DNA of 32,000 nucleotides from Mycobacterium arosiense ATCC BAA-1401 = DSM 45069 (GTDB taxonomy: Bacteria > Actinomycetota > Actinomycetes > Mycobacteriales > Mycobacteriaceae), in the NCBI RefSeq assembly GCF_002086125.1, contig NZ_MVHG01000005.1, forward strand, positions 1 to 32,000, in the 5' to 3' direction. The position numbers and the translations under genes are program-made. The notes beneath the pieces are model-generated. The model was not told the DNA's origin. It searched no databases and saw nothing but the letters and a program-made list of their open reading frames with translations. Position 1 is the first letter of the stretch. Each line of letters opens with the position of its first letter. Positions 24,960 to 32,000 of this stretch are shown here, in pieces.

Positions 24960-26033
24960 TTACGACGAGGCGCCCGCGGCGATGCCGAGCAGTTCGCTCA
25001 ACTGTGACGCGGAATAGCCCCCCGGACCCGCGCCATCGCGCACCGCGACGCGCACGGCGCGCGCAACCGCGGCATTCAGCGGAGCCGTGGTGCCGTGCCG
25101 GTGTGCGATCCGGGCGATCTCGCCGTTGAAGAAATCCGTCTCCACGTTGCCGGTGTTGCGGCGCAACGATTGCCACGTGGAGTTGCTGGGGCCGTTGTCC
25201 CAGCCCGGAACCGGGCGGATGGTCGGACCATCCGTCCGCACCGCGTTCGAGGTCTCGACGGGCACGAATTCGATTCCCGCATGGCGCAACACGTCCTCAC
25301 CTTCGGCGCGTAGGGCGGCGAGGATTTCGCCGGCATCGGTCGCTCCGGCGGTCAGCGCCCCCACACCGTTCCCCAGGTTGCTCAACAACTTGTTGTACTT
25401 CCACGGGGCCACGTCGGATGTGATTCGCGTCCGGATGCCCGCGTCGGTCCAGGCTTCGGCGAGGCCGGTCAGCAGGTCGGCGTCGGTCGCCTCGCCCGCT
25501 CCCGCGGGCCACCGTGCGATGTGGAACTGGCCGGCCACGGGCCAGGACCGCACGATCACTTCCCCGGGTTCGACGTGCACGGCCGGCAACCACACACAGA
25601 TGCCGAAAACCCGAGCGAAGTAGCGAAGCGCTTTCTCCTCGGCGGCAACACCATTGAGCGCGGTCATCGCCGGCAGCATTTCACCTGCGGTGCCCCGCGT
25701 TCCGCCTACCGGGCGGTCGACCCACTCATGCAAGGCCGCGTCGATTTGCTGGGTTTTGGTCGCGAAGACCAGCACGTCGCGCTCGGTCAGTTGCACCTGC
25801 TCGGGCCGTGACGCGACCGTGACCGGTGTGCGCCACTTGCCGTCCGGGGTCCTCAGCGTCAACCCATCGGCCGCCAGCACCTCGGCATGCCGCCCGCGCG
25901 CAACCAAGACGGTGGACGTCCCAGCCCTCGCCAGCAATCCGCCCAGCGTGCCGCCGATGGCTCCGGCACCAATGATCACGTATCGGCGATCGTCCCGCTC
26001 CACCATCGCCACGCCCTCCCCTGAAGTTGCCAT
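24960..26033 (-). CDS. 2-dehydropantoate 2-reductase (ketopantoate reductase, ApbA/PanE family)
   Basis: The Rossmann motif is YVIIGAGAIGGTLGGLLARAG. The C-terminal domain has ...APWKYNKLLSNLGN... and ...STWQSLRRNTGNVETDFFNGEIARIAHRHGTTAPLN. The start is ATG at 26033 or 26006. The tracked 568-aa ORF is read-through over the antisense of the HAD gene. Confidence 0.8.
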   Translation of the reverse strand: MATSGEGVAMVERDDRRYVIIGAGAIGGTLGGLLARAGTSTVLVARGRHAEVLAADGLTLRTPDGKWRTPVTVASRPEQVQLTERDVLVFATKTQQIDAALHEWVDRPVGGTRGTAGEMLPAMTALNGVAAEEKALRYFARVFGICVWLPAVHVEPGEVIVRSWPVAGQFHIARWPAGAGEATDADLLTGLAEAWTDAGIRTRITSDVAPWKYNKLLSNLGNGVGALTAGATDAGEILAALRAEGEDVLRHAGIEFVPVETSNAVRTDGPTIRPVPGWDNGPSNSTWQSLRRNTGNVETDFFNGEIARIAHRHGTTAPLNAAVARAVRVAVRDGAGPGGYSASQLSELLGIAAGASS

Positions 26034-26097
26034 GCCCAACGGCGAGATTACGTGTCTGTGCCCGGCTGCGCCGCCGGCCGCGGCGTTAACCTGAGGA

Positions 26098-26853
26098 ATG
26101 ACCGAATACCGATCGCCGTCGACCAGCCGGGCCGTGCGTGCCGTCCTGTTTGATACCTTCGGAACCGTCGTCGATTGGCGGTCTGGAATCGCCGCGTCGG
26201 TGGGACGGTTCGCGCAACGCCACCACATCGGCCTCGATCCGGACGCGTTCGCAATCGAATGGCGAAGTCGATATCTGCCCTCGATGTCCGAGATCCGTTC
26301 GGGGCGACGGGATTTCGTGTCTCTGGATGTTCTGCATCGAGAGAACCTCCTCGCATCACTGGAGAAGTTCGGCGCCGCTGCCGAAGCGCTGCCCGGCGGC
26401 GAGGTGGAGGCACTCGCCCGGTCGTGGCGCTGGCTGCCGCCGTGGCCGGACAGCGTTGACAGCATCGCGGCCATGAAGCGACATGTCATTGTCGGGCCGC
26501 TGTCCAACGGCAACACCGGACTGCTGGTGGATATGGCAAAGTACGCCGGCTTGCCATGGGACGTGGTGCTCGGTTCCGATATCGAAAAGGCGTACAAGCC
26601 CGATCCGCGTGCGTACCACGCTCCCGCACGTTTCCTCGGTCTGGAACCGGCTGAAGTGATGCTCATCGCGGCCCACCCCTCCGACCTCGAGGCCGCCCAG
26701 AACAGCGGGCTGGCTACCGGTTACGTCGCGCGGCCGGACGAATACGGCCCGGGCCGGCAACCGCAGGTCGAGTCCACCGGCGCCTGGGACGTCTCGGGCA
26801 CATCGCTGCGCGAATTGGCCGGCTTGCTGTTCGGTGCAGCCGGTCCGCGGTGA
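26098..26853 (+). CDS. Haloacid dehalogenase type II (HAD superfamily), 251 aa
   Basis: Motif I is VLFDTFGTVVDW, motif II LSNGN, and motifs III/IV are in ...KAYKPDPRAYH...IAAHPSDLEAAQNSGL. Confidence 0.8.
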   Translation: MTEYRSPSTSRAVRAVLFDTFGTVVDWRSGIAASVGRFAQRHHIGLDPDAFAIEWRSRYLPSMSEIRSGRRDFVSLDVLHRENLLASLEKFGAAAEALPGGEVEALARSWRWLPPWPDSVDSIAAMKRHVIVGPLSNGNTGLLVDMAKYAGLPWDVVLGSDIEKAYKPDPRAYHAPARFLGLEPAEVMLIAAHPSDLEAAQNSGLATGYVARPDEYGPGRQPQVESTGAWDVSGTSLRELAGLLFGAAGPR

Positions 26854-26868
26854 AAGGTTGCGCTCGAG

Positions 26869-27588
26869 CTACTTCCACGCGAACACCGGTTGTTCCAGCC
26901 CGTCGACCGGATCGCCCCGCCCTTCCAGGCCCAGCCACCGCAGCTGCAGCAGCACGGCGCCGGTCGGTGCGTGGATGAGGTCGTTGCCCAGCGGGATCTG
27001 CACGACCGGTCGTGGGCTTTCCGGGATGGTGATGAACCGTGGCGAATCGTCGCGCTGGAGTTGGTGTAACCCGACTCGATAAACGGCCACCACCTCGTCG
27101 GGCGCGGGATGTAGCTCGAGCCGTCCGTCGCCCCAGAGCACCACCGGCGTGATCACGTAACCGGATCGGGTCGGGTAGTCATCGAGCAGGCCCAGGACGG
27201 TCGAATCGGGCAGCTCAACGCCGACCTCCTCGCGTAGCTCGCGCAGCGCCGCATCGACCGCTGTTTCGCCCGGGTCGAGTCGGCCGCCGGGCAGAGCCCA
27301 CTGTGCCGCGTGCGTGCTGAGGCGAGATGCCCTGCGGCACAGCAGGAACGCGGCGCCCCCGGAGACATCGACCATGCGGCCGTCCAGGTGGGCCGCGGGC
27401 GGCGGGCGGCCGGCATTCCAGTCGTCCACTGCCACCGGATCCACCCGGTCCTCCCCCACTTCGGAGTCGACGAGCACCACCGCCACGGCCGCGTGCCGCT
27501 TCGTCGGGTCGGTCGCCTCGCGGCGGCTGTGGCCGGCCAGATGGTTCCGTATCCGCTCGCGCAGGGCCTGGTCATAGGGGATGGTCAC
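26869..27588 (-). CDS. Nudix hydrolase, CoA pyrophosphatase-like (239 aa)
   Basis: The Nudix box is GGRLDPGETAVDAALRELREEVGV. It is preceded by LLCRRASRLSTHAAQWALPGG, which resembles the NuCoA motif. Confidence 0.8.
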   Translation of the reverse strand: MTIPYDQALRERIRNHLAGHSRREATDPTKRHAAVAVVLVDSEVGEDRVDPVAVDDWNAGRPPPAAHLDGRMVDVSGGAAFLLCRRASRLSTHAAQWALPGGRLDPGETAVDAALRELREEVGVELPDSTVLGLLDDYPTRSGYVITPVVLWGDGRLELHPAPDEVVAVYRVGLHQLQRDDSPRFITIPESPRPVVQIPLGNDLIHAPTGAVLLQLRWLGLEGRGDPVDGLEQPVFAWK

Positions 27589-27670
27589 GCATCGAGCCTA
27601 AGCTGAGGCGTTTTCCCGCCGTGCCGGTCCGTGCTTGGTCGCGGCCGGACGCCAGTGGTTAACTGCGTGC

Positions 27671-28564
27671 ATGCGACGACAACCGGTGCTGGCCCGACGC
27701 TTCTTCGATCGCTACGAACCGGTGCACGCGGTGACGTACTTTGCGCCCGAATCACGGGCGGCGTTGGACGCGCTGGGTTATCGGGGTTTTTGGATGGGCT
27801 ATTTCGCGGCCCGCTCTGCGCCGTTGGGCACGGCACCCCGGGAGTTGGTCACGGCGATCTTCTACAACTTCGCACCCGAACGGGTCGCCAAGGCGCTGCC
27901 GGCGGCATGGGAAGTCGCGGGCCCGCAGGCCGCGTTGCAAGCCCGGCAGGAATCCGCGGTGGCGGCGCTACGCCGCTACGGGCTCGGGCCAGACGAGAAC
28001 GTCCGCGTCGCAGCGGAACTGGCCGGCAAGGCCGCCCGCCACGCGCCGCTGGATGCGCGTCCGCTGTTCGCGGCGAATCTGGCGTTGCCCTGGCCGGACG
28101 ACCCATTGTCCGCGCTGTGGCACGCCACGACGCTGCTGCGCGAACAGCGGGGCGACGCGCACGTGGCCGTGCTCGCCGCGGCCGGTATCTCCGGCCGGGA
28201 ATCGAACGTCTTACATGCCGCGGCCGGCAACGTCTCTCGCGACTACATCGCCCGCACCCGTGACTACGACGAGGCGTCCTGGCGTCACCACGAGCAACGA
28301 CTCGCTGAGCGGGGGCTGCTCGACGGAGAGGGAGCGCTGACCCTGGCCGGACGCCAACTGAAGGACCACATCGAACTGATGACCGACACGCTGGCCCTGT
28401 CCGCGCTCGATCCCCTCAGCGACGACGAGGTGGAGACGTTGTTCTCAGCACTCACCCCGATCACCCGCGCCGTGGTCGCAGCGGGCGACGTCCCCGCCCT
28501 CACCCCGATGACGTTGCGCCGCGACGAATTGCACGACGACAGCGCGCATTTGGCGGGCAAATGA
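27671..28564 (+). CDS. Conserved actinobacterial hypothetical protein (SCO6745-like family by recollection), about 297 aa
   Basis: From the ATG at 27671 it reads MRRQPVLARRFFDRYEPVHAVTYFAPESRAALDALGYRGFWMGYFAARSAPLG...LWHATTLLREQRGDAHVAVL. The function is unknown. An ATGA overlap links it to the next gene. Confidence 0.6.
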   Translation: MRRQPVLARRFFDRYEPVHAVTYFAPESRAALDALGYRGFWMGYFAARSAPLGTAPRELVTAIFYNFAPERVAKALPAAWEVAGPQAALQARQESAVAALRRYGLGPDENVRVAAELAGKAARHAPLDARPLFAANLALPWPDDPLSALWHATTLLREQRGDAHVAVLAAAGISGRESNVLHAAAGNVSRDYIARTRDYDEASWRHHEQRLAERGLLDGEGALTLAGRQLKDHIELMTDTLALSALDPLSDDEVETLFSALTPITRAVVAAGDVPALTPMTLRRDELHDDSAHLAGK

Positions 28565-28827
28565 GCGGCCAGCGGCTGCCCGGCGGCGTGGTGCACGAAT
28601 TGCCCGCGGATCTGCGCGACGCGTTGATCGGCAACGCCACCGCGCTTGCCGCCTGGAAGGACATCACGCCGTTGGCCCGAAACGAGTTCATCTGTTGGGT
28701 CGAGGATGCCAAGCAGCCGGTGACCCGGCAGCGCCGCATCCGCCGGACCCAGGAGGAGCTGCAAGAGGGTAAGCGCCGGCCGTGCTGCTGGCCGGGCTGC
28801 AAGCACCGCGAGCGCACCGGGAAGTAG
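28561..28827 (+). CDS. YdeI/OmpD-associated (OmdA-like) family protein, 88 aa
   Basis: ...WKDITPLARNEFICWVEDAKQPVTRQRRIRRTQEELQEGKRRPCCWPGCKHR is the characteristic C-terminal pattern of this small family. Confidence 0.7.
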   Translation: MSGQRLPGGVVHELPADLRDALIGNATALAAWKDITPLARNEFICWVEDAKQPVTRQRRIRRTQEELQEGKRRPCCWPGCKHRERTGK

Positions 28828-28842
28828 TGCCGCATCGGCACT
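28826..28842. terminator. Short hairpin between convergent genes
   Basis: AGTGCCG-cat-CGGCACT forms a 7-bp perfect stem with a 3-nt loop. It overlaps the TAG of the YdeI-like gene and has no U-tract. Confidence 0.35.
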
Positions 28843-28858
28843 CTGGGCACGGGCGCAA

Positions 28859-29212
28859 CTACTTGACCAGCGGTTTGTAGAAGACCAGGCCGTTGCCCTT
28901 GTTGTCGTAGACCACGGCTCGTCGTTCGTGGGCATCGTCGTAGGGGCCCTTCACGATGCCCCCACCGCTGGCCTCGACGGCCTTCGCCGCGGCGTCGACG
29001 TCGGCGGTCTTGATCCCGACCACGACCTGCCCGGGGATGGGATGGTCCACCGCGGTCGCCAGCGCCAGCGTGACCGGCCCGGCGTCGAGGGCCGCGAAGT
29101 GCGCGCCATCGCGAAACTTCAGCGTCATGCCCAGGGTTTCGCTGTAGAACCGGATCGACTCGTCCAGGTCGTCGGTCGACAAGATGATCATCTTCGCTTC
29201 GTGCTCGCTCAC
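28859..29212 (-). CDS. VOC/glyoxalase family protein (about 117 aa)
   Basis: VSEHEAKMIILSTDDLDESIRFYSETLGMTLKFRDGAHFAALDAGPVTLALA...VVYDNKGNGLVFYKP. The GTG at 29212 is preceded by GGAGG. The ATG 7 codons downstream (MIILSTDD...) is an alternative start. Confidence 0.75.
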   Translation of the reverse strand: MSEHEAKMIILSTDDLDESIRFYSETLGMTLKFRDGAHFAALDAGPVTLALATAVDHPIPGQVVVGIKTADVDAAAKAVEASGGGIVKGPYDDAHERRAVVYDNKGNGLVFYKPLVK

Positions 29213-29296
29213 GGCGCCTCCTATGTCCGGGGTCGCTACCAGACTAGGCCACCGTCGGTTCGCGCGGCGAGCCATGCCCGATTGACCGCAGCTGGA

Positions 29297-29848
29297 TCAG
29301 GCGGCGCCGGACGGAAGCGATTGGCCGTCAAGGTAATCCATCGGCGGCGCGCCGCCATGCCCCGCACCGCGGTAGGCCACGGCGGTAGCCAGCGCCTTGC
29401 CGCCCTCGATCGTGCCCACCACAACGACTTTGTCGTTCACCGTGAAACGCGGTGCGGCGGTGACGGGTTGGCCGTTGCAGTGGTTGACGACGGTGGTGTT
29501 CGGGGTGAAGCCATACGTCTGCACATGCCCGTCGGCGCTGCGCATGGTCACCGAGTCCGCCGACACGGCGACCACGATGCCTTCCTGACTCACCGGCTGC
29601 GAGATGGCCGGCGGTTCAAGTTCGGCAGCAACAGCGCGCTTCTCGGGTTGGCCGCCGTTGAGCACCAGCGCCATCAGGCACGCGGCGCCCAACAGCGAAG
29701 CGGAGACGACGTCGCACATCGCGGCGGCACCCGAGAGGCCACGCCACCGAGCACGATCGGTCGGCGAGGGCTTTTCCTCCGGTGGCTCCGGCATGCGGTG
29801 TTTGGCGCTCACGGTCAGTCCTTCCAGCGGCGTTGCACCAAAGGACAT
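29297..29848 (-). CDS. Hypothetical single-pass membrane-anchored protein with a beta-rich C-terminal domain (DUF5666-like by eye)
   Basis: The basic N-terminus is followed by a TM segment (AAMCDVVSASLLGAACLMALVL). The C-terminal part reads ...GIVVAVSADSVTMRSADGHVQTYGFTPNTTVV...FTVNDKVVVVGTIEGGKALATAV. The start is ATG at 29848 or 29794. Confidence 0.55.
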   Translation of the reverse strand: MSFGATPLEGLTVSAKHRMPEPPEEKPSPTDRARWRGLSGAAAMCDVVSASLLGAACLMALVLNGGQPEKRAVAAELEPPAISQPVSQEGIVVAVSADSVTMRSADGHVQTYGFTPNTTVVNHCNGQPVTAAPRFTVNDKVVVVGTIEGGKALATAVAYRGAGHGGAPPMDYLDGQSLPSGAA

Positions 29849-29930
29849 CGGCGCCCACCGAAACAGCTTGTTGCGGTAAATTACCCGCGGCTTTGGCGGG
29901 GTAAACCCAGCTGCGCTGCCACCGGCTGTA

Positions 29931-31013
29931 TCACGGCGCTATCGAGTACCGAGGCGCAGGTCCGGCGGGTGCAGTCAGTAGGGCGCCGACGTCGGCAAGT
30001 GACCCCGGGCCGGCGACCAACTCGGGCCAGGGGAATCGCTCGCGCGTGCGCCGCAAAAAGCTCAGCGCCGCCGTCAGGTGCCGCGGTTCGTAGTTGTGCA
30101 CGCCCAGGATGGACAGTTGGCGGCGCACCACCGATTCGGCGTCGACCGCCACGGCCGCGTTCGGCGTGACAGAACCCGCGAGGACGGCTACCCCTTGGAC
30201 GTCGAGGGCGGCCAGCCCGCGTTCCAACGTTGCCGGCGCGCCGGCCAGATCCAGCAATACGTCGCACGCGCCGGTTCCGGACGCCGAATCTCGCGCAGCG
30301 CCGGCACCGAATCTGCGCGCCAGCTGCCTTCTGGCAACGTCCGGATCGACCGCCGTCACCTCCGCGGCGCCACCGGACACAGCGGCAGCGACCGCAGAAA
30401 GGCCGAGCATGCCGGCGCCGAGCACGAGGACTCGTCGGCCGTCCAGGCCTCCCGCGCGTTCGATGACGGCCATGACGGTGGCCGTCGCACACGCCGCAGG
30501 TGCGGCGACCGCGTCAATGAGGTCGTCGTCGACCACCGCGATGGGCAAACCGCGGGGCAGCACTACATGCTGGGCGTAGCCCCCGGACAGCCCCCATTCG
30601 GAGTCCAATGCCTCGTGGCCTGCCTTGCGCACGACGCGGCACTTCGCCGTGACGCCCGCAAGACACCGGTCGCAGGCGCCGCAAGGCAACGTCACGCACC
30701 AGATGACACGCTGCCCGACGGACAAAATCCGGCTGTCTACGGCCCGAGGCCGGCCGGCGCCCAACGCCACGATTTCACCGACGGCCTCGTGGCCCAGGAT
30801 CGAAGGACATGGCTGCCGGCGCCGTCCACACACCGTGTGCCTGTCGCTACCGCACACCGTGGCGAGCCGGACTCGCACCAAGACATCGCCCGGACTTAAC
30901 GGGGGAACAGGCACCGATTCCACCGAGATGCCGGCGCCGCCACGCCAGACGGCCGCCAGGGTGTGCGTGATCCGGTCGTCAGCGTGCGAGGGCTTCGGCA
31001 TCGGCCGCATCAC
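29931..31013 (-). CDS. Zinc-dependent medium-chain alcohol dehydrogenase; resembles the 'phosphonate-catabolism-associated ADH' subgroup
   Basis: ...VRLATVCGSDRHTV..., ILGHEAVGEIVALG, the structural-Zn Cys cluster CGACDRCLAGVTAKC, and the Rossmann motif VLVLGAGMLGLSAV are present. An ATGA overlap links it to the upstream hydrolase. Confidence 0.8.
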   Translation of the reverse strand: MMRPMPKPSHADDRITHTLAAVWRGGAGISVESVPVPPLSPGDVLVRVRLATVCGSDRHTVCGRRRQPCPSILGHEAVGEIVALGAGRPRAVDSRILSVGQRVIWCVTLPCGACDRCLAGVTAKCRVVRKAGHEALDSEWGLSGGYAQHVVLPRGLPIAVVDDDLIDAVAAPAACATATVMAVIERAGGLDGRRVLVLGAGMLGLSAVAAAVSGGAAEVTAVDPDVARRQLARRFGAGAARDSASGTGACDVLLDLAGAPATLERGLAALDVQGVAVLAGSVTPNAAVAVDAESVVRRQLSILGVHNYEPRHLTAALSFLRRTRERFPWPELVAGPGSLADVGALLTAPAGPAPRYSIAP

Positions 31014-31717
31014 GAGGCGCTGGGCGCGGTGTTGCTCACCTCGAGGAGCGCGGGTAGGTCAGCCACGGACGCGAGCAGATGGGTGTGTCGATACCTGCCG
31101 AGCTCGACTGCGTTGCCGGCCCCGGACAGAACCCCGACGACGAACGCCGCACCCGAGTTGGTTCCGGCTTGTAGGTCGCGCGGAGTGTCCCCTGCAACGA
31201 GCACACGGGACACGTCGGTGACACCGAGGTTCTCCATGGCCCGAAAGATCATGAAGGGCGCCGGGCGTCCGGCCGCTACGTCGCTGCCGCATACGACCTC
31301 GTCCACCGTCGAATCACCCTCCCAGCCCAGAGCGGCTAGCAGCGAATTCACGATGTCACGGTCGAACCCGGTGGTGAGGGCGATCCGGATACCGTCGGAC
31401 CGCAATGTGGCCATCGCGTCGGTGACGCCGGGCAGCGGGCGCGGCGGGGAGGTCGCGTAGGCGGCCGTCAGCCGGCTGCGGAAATCAGCGACGACGGCGT
31501 CCAGCAGGTCCGCGTTCGGCGGGGCACCACCTGAGGGAGTGAGCAGCGCACGCAGCGCCTCGTGCTTTGCCGCGCCGTGCCAGCGGGCGATGTCGGCCTC
31601 GGACGGCGACGCACCGTAGGCGATCGCCGTTTCGGCGAGAACCCGGTAGACCTGCTGACCCTCGTCGACGGTGGTGCCGGCCATGTCCAGGACGGCCAGT
31701 TCGAGCCGGGTAGTCAT
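31010..31717 (-). CDS. Phosphonatase-like HAD hydrolase (PhnX-like), 235 aa
   Basis: Motif I is AVLDMAGTTVDEG. It has Asp-x-Ala rather than Asp-x-Asp, as in phosphonoacetaldehyde hydrolase (DWAGTT). Motif II is ALTTGF, and motif IV is in ...VLVAGDTPRDLQAGTNSGA. Confidence 0.75.
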   Translation of the reverse strand: MTTRLELAVLDMAGTTVDEGQQVYRVLAETAIAYGASPSEADIARWHGAAKHEALRALLTPSGGAPPNADLLDAVVADFRSRLTAAYATSPPRPLPGVTDAMATLRSDGIRIALTTGFDRDIVNSLLAALGWEGDSTVDEVVCGSDVAAGRPAPFMIFRAMENLGVTDVSRVLVAGDTPRDLQAGTNSGAAFVVGVLSGAGNAVELGRYRHTHLLASVADLPALLEVSNTAPSAS

Positions 31718-32000
31718 CTGCCGTCGGCCTCCGATCCGGGCCTGGCGTTTCGGCTCAGGGCGCAGCGCGCGTCCAAGGTGTTCTCGAGCGTGAAGCTGAC
31801 CATGGCCGGCAGATACCGGTCGTCGTGGTACTCGATGACCTCGCCATCGGCCCCTCGAGTACTACGCTGCTGCCTCAGCAGCGGATCACCTTGCGCCACA
31901 GAGAGATACGCGGCATCGACCGGGTCGGCTGCGACAGCGTCGATAACGTGCGAGGCGGTCGAGAACCGCACGCCCTGCGACAGCAGGTAGGCCCATAACG
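31714..32000 (-). CDS. GntR-family regulator, C-terminal UTRA effector domain only; the gene continues past the right edge
   Basis: The frame is open to position 32000: ...LWAYLLSQGVRFSTASHVIDAVAADPVDAAYLSVAQGDPLLRQQRSTRGADGEVIEYHDDRYLPAMVSF is a UTRA pattern. An ATGA overlap links it to the hydrolase gene. Confidence 0.65.
   Translation of the reverse strand, partial: LWAYLLSQGVRFSTASHVIDAVAADPVDAAYLSVAQGDPLLRQQRSTRGADGEVIEYHDDRYLPAMVSFTLENTLDARCALSRNARPGSEADGR

Noticed and set aside
24960-26666. 568-aa ORF as printed
   Set aside because: The N-terminal ~210 aa are antisense to the HAD dehalogenase gene. The ketopantoate reductase begins just before its Rossmann motif.
28928-30169. 413-aa plus-strand ORF
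   Set aside because: It runs antisense across three separate minus-strand genes (VOC, membrane protein, ADH). It has Arg/Gly-rich composition and no motifs.
1-32000. Search for CRISPR arrays, IS elements/transposases, integrases, tRNA/rRNA genes and toxin-antitoxin pairs
   Set aside because: There are no regularly spaced repeats longer than the small ones listed. No DDE, tyrosine or serine recombinase-like ORFs appear. No intergenic region has cloverleaf-compatible sequence. All small ORFs are accounted for as shadows.

Overview
GC-rich actinobacterial chromosome, almost certainly a Mycobacterium. I found no rRNA, tRNA, CRISPR array, transposase or phage genes. Calls come from reading the ORF translations and hand-translating selected stretches; no database search was possible.

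Left end (1-6.4 kb, minus strand): an ESX-2-type type VII secretion segment, PE - PPE - esxD - esxC - espG - ParA/MinD-like ATPase - eccD - mycP, with mycP running off the left edge. From memory it is collinear with M. tuberculosis Rv3893c..Rv3886c. The eccB/eccC core genes are absent from their usual upstream position. A VOC protein and an orphan PrrB-like histidine kinase sit there instead.

Remainder of the window:
- A TetR / acyl-CoA dehydrogenase pair, an Eis-like acetyltransferase and a lipoprotein alpha/beta hydrolase.
- Eight co-directional genes encoding two NitT/TauT (SsuABC-like) ABC importers. One has two permeases and two non-equivalent ATPases.
- A small lipoprotein, an MFS transporter, and an F420-type LLM oxidoreductase + SnoaL-like pair divergent from a PadR regulator.
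- A decayed SAM-methyltransferase pseudogene.
- Ketopantoate reductase, haloacid dehalogenase, a Nudix hydrolase, an SCO6745-like/YdeI-like pair, a VOC protein and a membrane-anchored protein.
- At the right edge, a GntR(UTRA) - phosphonatase-like hydrolase - Zn-ADH trio.

Most notable observations:
1. The ESX-2 locus lacks adjacent eccB/eccC.
2. The ESX ATPase has lost its Walker-A GK[ST] lysine.
3. The ABC importer's sequence deviations all map to one composite ATP site.
4. The histidine kinase has no response regulator and sits next to tandem CACGTG-containing repeats.
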